NCBI GenBank assembly: GCA_041649385.1
Contig: JBAZNG010000002.1
Span: forward strand, 1 to 45,801
Direction: 5' to 3'
Length of the DNA stretch: 45,801 nt
Source: Candidatus Omnitrophota bacterium
GTDB taxonomy: Bacteria > Omnitrophota > Gorgyraeia > Gygaellales > Profunditerraquicolaceae
Part shown: piece by piece, positions 25,195 to 32,241 of the stretch
Layout of the letters: each line of letters starts with the position of its first letter
Position numbering within the stretch: position 1 is the stretch's first letter
Made by a program: the position numbers and the translations under genes
Notes under the pieces: model-generated
The model's database searches: none
What the model was told of the DNA's origin: nothing
What the model saw: the letters and a program-made list of their open reading frames with translations, nothing else

Positions 25195-27672
25195 TTAATA
25201 ATTAGATTCCCCATAAACCTTCTTTATTTTACTTGCTATCGCTATCAACGCCTCTTCAGGCATATTTCTTAATTTTTTATTTATTAAATCTAAAGCCTTA
25301 TCTAAAAATCCCTGTTTCGCAAAAAGAACAGCTTCTCTCTTTATTAGGCTATTATAATGATAGGATTTTTCATTAATTTTAGAATCTAAAACATTTATTG
25401 CACTTTGCATCCCTTCGATATCATTAAATGTTTCATATATATCAAATTTCGCTAATTCAAAATAGATTGCATTTGTAAACTTGGCAATACCTTCTTCTAA
25501 TATTTGCAATGCACTTTCTTTTTTATTATTAATAAAAGCTTCAAATTGTGCTCTTAAATAAAAATCGATTTCTTCACCTTTATCTGATTTTATAAGCTTG
25601 GTGCTCCGAAGAAGTTGTTCTAATTTTTTAACTGTTTCGGGTTTCCTCTTTTCATTTTTAATTAAACAGTCAAAAAAAGCTTGTACATGAAAAGGATTAT
25701 CCTTTTCAAGTTGATAATTTTCTTCTGCTAAATCTGTGGCTTTCTCATATTGTGAAGTATGAATATATGCTTGGACTAACTCTCTTTTAGCTGCCCTGTG
25801 TTTCGAATCTATACTTAATACTTTTGTTAAGCGTTCTATCGCCTTAACTCCATTACCAGAAAGCCGGTAATAGAAACCAAACAAAAAATCATGTTGCAAA
25901 CCAGTAACTTTTTGCACTTCACTTAAGAATCGCGGATCTCTTAATCTTGCTAGAGATGCACACAGAAAATATCTTGTTTCTTTTTTAATACAATCATCCA
26001 TGTATCCCTCGTTTACTAAAACCCTATCTGCTAATTTTACAACGTCTTCGTAGCGTTTACGCCTATGGTATAATTCTGCCATCGCTTCCAGAAAATGAGA
26101 TGGAATCAAGAATCTTGGATCAACTGGTTTTCCTGTTAAAATTGCTGTTTTTATAGAAAAAATTAAATCAGCAACGTCTTTATCTTCTGATTGATATTCA
26201 TTCAAAAACTTGTTAACATGGGTTTCTAGTTTTTCCTGATATACTGAAGTAAGATCTTTTTTATTTCTAATTACATAATCCTGTATTGTGTCATTTAATC
26301 TGACATACTCTCTATTAGCACCCAATAACTCACATATCCCAGAAGCAAAGAATTCTGATAATAAATCTCTATAGAACTTATCCTCACCTACTATCTCAAA
26401 AATTAAATCATACCCTATGAAAGGAAAAATTGAGAGTAAATACAAAAAGTCAAGAGCCCTTTTATTGCTTTCATATTTATTTATAACTCTAGCTGCTTTC
26501 TCTGTGTTAAAATCAACTATTAAATAAGTGTTTTTCTTAACGGCAGGCAAACCTATTTCGTTAATCAAATCAACAGTATAAAAAATTTGCTCAGGATATC
26601 CGTTTAGCAAATCCCTGAAATAATTCAAATCTTCCGAAGATAATGGCAGTTTTTCCAATTCAGCATATCTTTTTAATAAGCCTAATCTTTCTGTTATAGA
26701 AAGCTCTGGTACCTCTATTGTAAAAAGATGCTCTAGATTTCTAAAATTATGCTTGAATATTCTAAATTGGGAGACAATCACGAAAGTAATTTGGTTGTCT
26801 TTATTCATCTCGTTTAATATATCTACAAACCAATTGCTTATAATCCTATCAGAAGTCACTATGCATCCATTATCAACAATAAGTAAAATATGTTTAGCTA
26901 TTTGAATATCTTTTATAAGTCGTAAGGATATCTTTACTTTATCTTCCATCTTCTTGTTAATCAGGTTACTTAAATCAATATCTGATGAAAAACCTAAATC
27001 ATATATTTGATAGATAAAATCTTCTATGCTTTCTCTTCTGCCTAGAGCAATTTCTGGCGGTCTGTAAGAAAGGGGGATGACATTAGCTTTTTTTAAACAA
27101 TGTATACATAGCGATCTTCTTCCTATCTGATGGAAACCTGCAGCGATAAAACATACGGGAGAGGGAAGGTCAAGAGAATCAAATCTTTCTTCGAATATTT
27201 TTATCAAATCATTTCTTCCTACAAATATATTCGACTTCTCAAATAATCTAGGATGAAAATCCCAACTTATTTCTCTCAATCGTAACTCAATTCTTCTTAC
27301 TGCTACCTTAGGCTTTCCAGTATATTGTAAATTAAAACTTTCTTCCCTCATCCATAATGGAATTCTTTTATCTAGGTAATTAATTGAAGGATCAATAATT
27401 ATAGGATAAATCCTCTTTAAAAAACCGCTATTTGCTAATTTTTTTGCTCTCTCTAATTCAATTTTTACCCATTCTGAATCTAAAGCATCGCTAGAGAGGA
27501 AAACCACAAACAGATCTGTTTTCTCCAATCCTTTGTCAATTTCTTCTATATTTTTCATTCCTTCTTCAAACGTAAATTTGTCATATACGCATCTATTCTT
27601 ACCAAGAATTTTGGCTATTTCACTAACATAATTTTTATCTTTACTACTATGTGCTAAATAAGCTATTGGCAT
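25195..27672 (-). CDS. TIR-domain protein with a central degenerate P-loop (STAND-like) region and C-terminal TPR-like repeats
   Basis: 825 aa. The N-terminus AYLAHSSKDKNYV...DLFVVFLSSDALDSEWVKIELERA matches the bacterial TIR pattern. The central region has GFHQIGRRS (a Walker A-like motif with Arg in place of Lys) and LLIVDN. The C-terminal ~300 aa are helical and repeat-like. Confidence 0.75.
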   Translation of the reverse strand: MPIAYLAHSSKDKNYVSEIAKILGKNRCVYDKFTFEEGMKNIEEIDKGLEKTDLFVVFLSSDALDSEWVKIELERAKKLANSGFLKRIYPIIIDPSINYLDKRIPLWMREESFNLQYTGKPKVAVRRIELRLREISWDFHPRLFEKSNIFVGRNDLIKIFEERFDSLDLPSPVCFIAAGFHQIGRRSLCIHCLKKANVIPLSYRPPEIALGRRESIEDFIYQIYDLGFSSDIDLSNLINKKMEDKVKISLRLIKDIQIAKHILLIVDNGCIVTSDRIISNWFVDILNEMNKDNQITFVIVSQFRIFKHNFRNLEHLFTIEVPELSITERLGLLKRYAELEKLPLSSEDLNYFRDLLNGYPEQIFYTVDLINEIGLPAVKKNTYLIVDFNTEKAARVINKYESNKRALDFLYLLSIFPFIGYDLIFEIVGEDKFYRDLLSEFFASGICELLGANREYVRLNDTIQDYVIRNKKDLTSVYQEKLETHVNKFLNEYQSEDKDVADLIFSIKTAILTGKPVDPRFLIPSHFLEAMAELYHRRKRYEDVVKLADRVLVNEGYMDDCIKKETRYFLCASLARLRDPRFLSEVQKVTGLQHDFLFGFYYRLSGNGVKAIERLTKVLSIDSKHRAAKRELVQAYIHTSQYEKATDLAEENYQLEKDNPFHVQAFFDCLIKNEKRKPETVKKLEQLLRSTKLIKSDKGEEIDFYLRAQFEAFINNKKESALQILEEGIAKFTNAIYFELAKFDIYETFNDIEGMQSAINVLDSKINEKSYHYNSLIKREAVLFAKQGFLDKALDLINKKLRNMPEEALIAIASKIKKVYGESNY

Positions 27673-27720
27673 ATTGCACTTCCCCTCTTTAGTGAGCTAG
27701 CTATTAAAAAAAACTTCTAT

Positions 27721-28101
27721 TCATTTTCTTAGTTTTCTGTAATGAGTATACTTATGTATCTTACCCTTTACTATGCGAACCGGATATTTCCTTGCTGTTT
27801 TATCTAACTTCCTGACAATGCTTTCCTCTATATTAATGTTAAATAAATTGCAGAAATCTAAAACGTAAATTGCTATATCAGCAAGTTCGTCTTCTATCTC
27901 TACCCGCTTCTTCTTATCTCTTAGGAGTTTTCTTGACTGCTCTATGGTAAGCCACTGAAAATGCTCCATAAGTTCTGCGGCTTCTATTGATATGGACATG
28001 CTAATGTTCTTGGGGGAGTGGAACTGTTCCCAGTCTCGCTCTTTGATGAATTGCTTAATGTGGGCTTTAATTTCCTGGAGAGTAACTTCTGACTTTTTCA
28101 T
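27721..28101 (-). CDS. MazG-type all-alpha NTP pyrophosphohydrolase, DCTPP1/YpjD-like
   Basis: 126 aa with ERDWEQFHSPKN...EAAELMEHFQW...EDELADIAIYVLDF...KYP. Confidence 0.75.
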   Translation of the reverse strand: MKKSEVTLQEIKAHIKQFIKERDWEQFHSPKNISMSISIEAAELMEHFQWLTIEQSRKLLRDKKKRVEIEDELADIAIYVLDFCNLFNINIEESIVRKLDKTARKYPVRIVKGKIHKYTHYRKLRK

Positions 28102-28201
28102 AGAGATATTACTCTCCTCTACTGATATAAAGATTTATATAAGATATTAAATATAAAGGGAAATAAAAAACACCAGTAGTAATTAAGGAAGTAGTCAATT
28201 T

Positions 28202-29392
28202 TCAGTAAGAAGATTTTGCAATAGTAACCAATTCTCTATCAAGTTCTCTTTTTGACTTAAATAATATAGTCGTGCCCTTTTTTGTTTTTATAATTTTTTT
28301 GATATTATTAATCTTCGTTTCTTCGGTTTTAATAGTTCTTTTATACACTTGTAAATCTAAAGCGATTTTTTCTGCAAGAGCCTGTGCGAAATTAGGTGGA
28401 ACAGCATTACCAACCATCTTATATCCATCTGCAACATCGGTATATTTAAAAAGAAAGGTGTCCGGAAATGTTTGAATCCTTGCGCATTCCCTTACTGAAA
28501 GCCGCCTATACAAATCTTTTTTGCCTTCTACAAATTCTCTTTTATTTTGTTCAATAAATTTCATCTTTGGCGCTTTCGGATGAATCGGCGCATGCCTACC
28601 ACCAGCTTGTATCGTAAATGATTGTTCGTCCCAACTTCTTACCCTGTTCCTAGACATATAAATTGTTGAGAAACTACCAATCATATATTCATGATTGGGT
28701 ACCTCAAGGCAATCACCATTAGTTTTATTATATTTTAGTGCCGGCTTAGGCTCTTTTAGATCGCCAATTGCATCGCGCAAAGTCAAAAACTTATTGGTGC
28801 CCTCCGGGAACTCAAATGTTTTGCCCATTTTTTTATGGTACCCAACTATAATAACCCTTTCCCTATCCTGCGGAACATTATAATTTTTTGCATTAAGTAA
28901 TTTATAAACTACATTGTAACCAGCAGCTGAAAAATCTTTCAGAATCTTTTGAAAAGCTTCTTTATGTATATTAGCAAGAATACCTGAAACATTTTCAGCC
29001 AAAAAGAATAACGGCTGTTTATCTTTTAGAACTCTTACATAGTCAAAAAATAACTGCCCCCTATGGTCATTAATCCCCCTACAGGCGCCTGCTTCGCTCC
29101 AGCTCTGGCATGGAGGCCCGCCAATTATCCCATCTGCGCTAGGGATATCGGAAGAGGGTATTTCAGTGATACTTCGCTTATCAAGAGGGGTTTTTGGAAA
29201 ATTTAAGGCAAATGTTTCCCAAATAGCTTTATCAAACTCATTTGCCCAACTAACTTCAAACCCGGCTTTCTCAAACCCAAGGTCCAAACCGCCGCATCCA
29301 CTAAAAAGCGATACTATTTTAAACTTCTCTTCATTATTTTCTTGATTTTCTCTATACATTTTGGTAAATCCTTTATTATTTGATGCTGCCAA
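28202..29392 (-). CDS. dcm: DNA (cytosine-5)-methyltransferase
   Basis: 396 aa with motif I LFSGCGG, IV GGPPCQSWS, VI LAENV, VIII QDRERVIIVG and X GNAVPP, plus a lysine-rich C-terminal tail of about 55 aa. The true start may be the internal Met at 29359. Confidence 0.95.
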   Translation of the reverse strand: MAASNNKGFTKMYRENQENNEEKFKIVSLFSGCGGLDLGFEKAGFEVSWANEFDKAIWETFALNFPKTPLDKRSITEIPSSDIPSADGIIGGPPCQSWSEAGACRGINDHRGQLFFDYVRVLKDKQPLFFLAENVSGILANIHKEAFQKILKDFSAAGYNVVYKLLNAKNYNVPQDRERVIIVGYHKKMGKTFEFPEGTNKFLTLRDAIGDLKEPKPALKYNKTNGDCLEVPNHEYMIGSFSTIYMSRNRVRSWDEQSFTIQAGGRHAPIHPKAPKMKFIEQNKREFVEGKKDLYRRLSVRECARIQTFPDTFLFKYTDVADGYKMVGNAVPPNFAQALAEKIALDLQVYKRTIKTEETKINNIKKIIKTKKGTTILFKSKRELDRELVTIAKSSY

Positions 29393-29736
29393 AACCTAAG
29401 CACTTTCCAACCAGTTCTTTTTAATTTTTTATTATTGTCCTTGTCCCTTGCAATAGTTCTTTCAATCTTAGGTATCCAATACGCCCTATTACTCTTTATT
29501 TTTTTCTTTTTTTCATCCCAGCGATAACCATGCCAAAATTCACCATCAATAAAAATAGCTATCTTTTGTTTATTTAAAACTATATCTGGCTTGCCAAGCA
29601 CTATACTTGGCTTCCTACTAAACCTAATACCGCTTCCCCACAACTTATTTTTTAAAACCAATTCGGGAGAAGTATTATTACTTCTAATCCTGGCCATTAA
29701 TTTAGACCGTTGTTTAGAAGTAATAAACTTGTACAT
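29314..29736 (-). CDS. vsr: very short patch repair endonuclease
   Basis: 140 aa with SKLMARIRSNNTSPE...GKPDIVLNKQKIAIFIDGEFWHG...LRFW. Confidence 0.9.
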   Translation of the reverse strand: MYKFITSKQRSKLMARIRSNNTSPELVLKNKLWGSGIRFSRKPSIVLGKPDIVLNKQKIAIFIDGEFWHGYRWDEKKKKIKSNRAYWIPKIERTIARDKDNNKKLKRTGWKVLRFWQHQIIKDLPKCIEKIKKIMKRSLK

Positions 29737-29738
29737 AC

Positions 29739-30587
29739 TTAAAACGATATCCTAAATAACTTAGCAGGAATATACTTAACTGGATTATTAGGGTCCTTCA
29801 CCTCTACATCTTTTATTGATAGGTTCTTATTTTTTATCGATTCGATACTATCTCTATCTTCTTTTGGTAAAGAATTATACTTTTGAGAACTCATTATAGC
29901 ATAAGCTACTAAATTATTAGCTTTGTAATCTTTGGCTAAATAATCAAAAACCTTCATAGGAGATTCAATAGCCCACATCCCCCTTACTCGTAGGCAAGTA
30001 ATCCCAAGGGGGTCAACTTTATTAACCCTCCCAAGTTCTTTAGTTTTAGACAACTCAACGCCTCTAATATCCTTCACCCCAGCGACAATAGTATTTCTAA
30101 CTCTCTCATACACTCCCCTATCAGCAGCATAGCAATCTCCATAAGCAAACCAAATTGATTTAACTTTCCCGCCAACCACGACCCCAACTAAATATATAAT
30201 ATCTTTTTCCGACCATTTCTCGCAATTCTTGCAATGCTTAGTGATCATTGGGCTATCAGCATGCAATTTTGACTTTGGATAAGAACTATTTAAAGCAAGG
30301 GAAGTACCAAAACCTGCCAATTTCTTAACCTCTATAGCATCTCCTTGTTTTATTATAAAATCAGGCGGGTTATTTTGGTTGCCCCTGTAAGAAAAATATT
30401 CGCCATACTTTCTATTTTTCTTTTCAATATCAACCTCTTTAAGGCTATCGCAAAATAAATCTTTGGCATAATATTCTAAAGCATCCCCCATTGCATTAGC
30501 CCTATTGCCCCCCTTATATATGGATTTTAAATCATTATCTTGGTATTTCGCTAAATTATATAAAGCTTTTAAAATATTTGTCTTCAT
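29739..30587 (-). CDS. type II restriction endonuclease candidate (PD-(D/E)xK)
   Basis: 282 aa. NPPDFIIKQGDAIEVKK fits PD...E-x-K. The gene ends 2 nt before vsr and heads the R-vsr-M string. Specificity is unknown. Confidence 0.6.
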   Translation of the reverse strand: MKTNILKALYNLAKYQDNDLKSIYKGGNRANAMGDALEYYAKDLFCDSLKEVDIEKKNRKYGEYFSYRGNQNNPPDFIIKQGDAIEVKKLAGFGTSLALNSSYPKSKLHADSPMITKHCKNCEKWSEKDIIYLVGVVVGGKVKSIWFAYGDCYAADRGVYERVRNTIVAGVKDIRGVELSKTKELGRVNKVDPLGITCLRVRGMWAIESPMKVFDYLAKDYKANNLVAYAIMSSQKYNSLPKEDRDSIESIKNKNLSIKDVEVKDPNNPVKYIPAKLFRISF

Positions 30588-30656
30588 CTTTCTTAATACC
30601 TTTCTAATTATAATAGACGTAGAATCTATTAGTTTCTAACATAATATTTAAAGAAA

Positions 30657-30692
30657 AAACCTCCGCCTTGTGAGCGAAGGTTTTGATTATTT
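30657..30692 (-). terminator. terminator after the winged-helix gene
   Basis: The minus strand reads AAAACCTTCGC-TCACAAG-GCGGAGGTTTTTT (one mismatch in the stem). Confidence 0.5.
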
Positions 30693-30856
30693 TAACGTGG
30701 CAGTTCCCCCTTCAAACAATACCACACCTGATTGTTGATTATTTTTACCATGAAAATCTTTATTCGTCAACTGTTTCCTAATTTTATTCTTGTACTTATT
30801 ATAACGCTAAGAAATATTAAAGCAACACAAATACCTGGCGCATTTTTTCTCTAATC

Positions 30857-31375
30857 TTATATCCGGTATCTCCCACTTTCTACAAGGTCTTTGCGCATTT
30901 GCGTTAGGTAATCAGGTTCAGTTTTCTCGCCAGGCTTATTAAAAGAATTAGTTATAGTTGTATTGTTTATTGTATAGTTAATATGGTGGTGAATATGGCT
31001 GCACCCATCTGCGCGCTCCTGTTCACCTGTTTTAGCAAAATCTGCACCTATCCAGTCAATTAGTGCACTTTTTGCACCTATTGAGCTTGTAGCCATTTTA
31101 AAAAGATAATCAAAGATTTGATAATAATTCTTGCGGCCTTTCTTAACAACCCTGATCAATCCTTTCTTCTTTAGTTTCTCTACGGCGTAAATAACGCCTC
31201 TCCGGGAAAGGTGAGTTTCTTCAGCAAGAGTACTTATGGCAGGATACGCCTCTAATCTCTGCCAATTCCAGTGGCTACATATAGCGACATAAACTCTAAC
31301 TTCAGACAGGGTCATTTCATACCAGACGCCGCTGGCGAATAGAGTATTTAATATTCTAATGTGATCATAAGCCAT
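30857..31375 (-). CDS. winged-helix DNA-binding protein (plasmid/phage replication- or regulator-like)
   Basis: 172 aa with AYPAISTLAEETHLSRRGVIYAVEKLKKKGLIRVVKKGRKNYYQI, a wHTH pattern. Confidence 0.55.
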   Translation of the reverse strand: MAYDHIRILNTLFASGVWYEMTLSEVRVYVAICSHWNWQRLEAYPAISTLAEETHLSRRGVIYAVEKLKKKGLIRVVKKGRKNYYQIFDYLFKMATSSIGAKSALIDWIGADFAKTGEQERADGCSHIHHHINYTINNTTITNSFNKPGEKTEPDYLTQMRKDLVESGRYRI

Positions 31376-31387
31376 AGATCCTCCATA

Positions 31388-31420
31388 AGATTGCTTCGGC
31401 GCTTCGCGCCTCGCAATGAC
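31388..31420. repeat. 33-nt two-tier hairpin element, second copy
   Basis: The sequence is AGATTGCTTC-GGCGCTTCGCGC-CTCGCAATGAC. It is the reverse complement of the 22160-22192 element, with two compensatory base-pair changes in the inner stem. Confidence 0.85.
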
Positions 31421-31561
31421 ACGTTAACAATTCTGCTTGAGCCATTAATGAGCCAATAACTATAAAGAAAATACAAATTCATACAAAAATAACTAATTAA
31501 GTATAAGAAAACAAAAAGGCGTAACTGTATGTTTTCCACACAATTACGCCACAACATAAAC

Positions 31562-31596
31562 AAAAAAGAGGGGTTGCAAAAACCCCTCTTTTTATT
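31562..31596 (-). terminator. stem-loop terminator immediately 3' of tRNA-Phe (island-borne)
   Basis: AAGAGGGGTT-GCAAA-AACCCCTCTT forms a 10-bp stem flanked by A/T runs. Confidence 0.7.
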
Positions 31597-31613
31597 AAAT
31601 GCCGAGAGAGGGA
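31597..31613. repeat. att repeat, tRNA-proximal copy
   Basis: AAATGCCGAGAGAGGGA is identical to 21736-21752. Confidence 0.8.
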
Positions 31614-31671
31614 ATCGGACCCCCCACGCCGGCCTTTTCAGGGCCGCGCTCTACCACTGAGCTATCTCGGC
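31600..31671 (-). tRNA. tRNA-Phe(GAA), with an unusual T-loop
   Basis: The minus strand reads GCCGAGATAGCTCAGTGGTAGAGCGCGGCCCTGAAAAGGCCGGCGTGGGGGGTCCGATTCCCTCTCTCGGCA. The cloverleaf fits and the anticodon loop is CTGAAAA. The T-loop reads TCCGATT, so position 55 is C instead of the near-universal U. Confidence 0.75.
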
Positions 31672-31756
31672 TATAAATCCAATGTTTTATATATTGTACA
31701 CAACTTTTCTAAAAAGAAAAGGAGAATTTCTTATGCCCTTCTCCTTTTATGTATCC

Positions 31757-32140
31757 TTATTGGGCTTCCGAAACGATCTTCACATAGATATCCTGGGCAA
31801 GGTCAAGTTTCGGAAGATGATATTTTCTTGCGGAGACCCTTATCCGCGTAGTGGCCTGGGTAAGCCGGATAATATTGATCCATATGTAAGCGCCATCAAC
31901 AACGCATTCAATATGCCCCCTTAATACGTCATCCTGTTTGATCAAGCCCTTAATCCTGGATACGTTCACCGCTGATTCCCAAAGCGCGTCAAAAGATCTA
32001 TCCGATTCCCCTTGCACAGTATCTTTACTGATCGCATAAGCGCCCAGCCCGCCTGCAGCCGCCCCGATGATTAAAGGAGCGCAGCCAATAAGATTAACCG
32101 AAAATAACGCAAGGACAAAAAATACAACCGCTTTTCTCAC
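31757..32140 (-). CDS. small lipoprotein, unknown function
   Basis: 127 aa with lipobox NLIGC. It uses a GTG start that overlaps the stop of the upstream 34-aa ORF (GTGA). Confidence 0.65.
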   Translation of the reverse strand: MRKAVVFFVLALFSVNLIGCAPLIIGAAAGGLGAYAISKDTVQGESDRSFDALWESAVNVSRIKGLIKQDDVLRGHIECVVDGAYIWINIIRLTQATTRIRVSARKYHLPKLDLAQDIYVKIVSEAQ

Positions 32141-32241
32141 CGCATCTCCTTCTTTGAGAATATTTTCTTAAAACAAAAAACTGCTAAACCCAGGATAAAA
32201 CCCCAGGATAACAACAGGATGATCCAGCCGCTTATCTTCAT
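32137..32241 (-). CDS. 34-aa membrane peptide, candidate NSS-transporter small subunit (MetS-like)
   Basis: Manual translation gives MKISGWIILLLSWGFILGLAVFCFKKIFSKKEMR*. Its start overlaps the NSS transporter stop (ATGA). Confidence 0.5.
   Translation of the reverse strand: MKISGWIILLLSWGFILGLAVFCFKKIFSKKEMR

Larger units (their letters stand above)
21736..31613. mobile_element. integrative island of about 9.9 kb in the 3' end of tRNA-Phe (integrase, excisionase, regulators, RM and TIR-type defence cargo)
   Basis: The 17-bp direct repeat AAATGCCGAGAGAGGGA occurs at 21736-21752 and 31597-31613. The latter copy includes the 3' 14 nt of tRNA-Phe. The integrase gene lies next to the distal repeat. 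The interior is visibly more AT-rich than both flanks. Confidence 0.75.

Noticed and set aside
28272-28883. Plus-strand ORFs inside dcm, and similar antisense ORFs inside the TIR gene, the rnf genes, the NSS transporter and both MFS genes
   Set aside because: They lie antisense to genes with clear family motifs. They are hydrophobic or low-complexity mirror translations with no independent support.
31348-31563. 71-aa minus-strand ORF upstream of the winged-helix gene
   Set aside because: It is AT-rich with a low-complexity translation and overlaps the winged-helix gene start. Its only GC-rich part (SLRGAKRRSNL) is the translation of the 33-nt hairpin repeat. It is likely non-coding att-proximal DNA.
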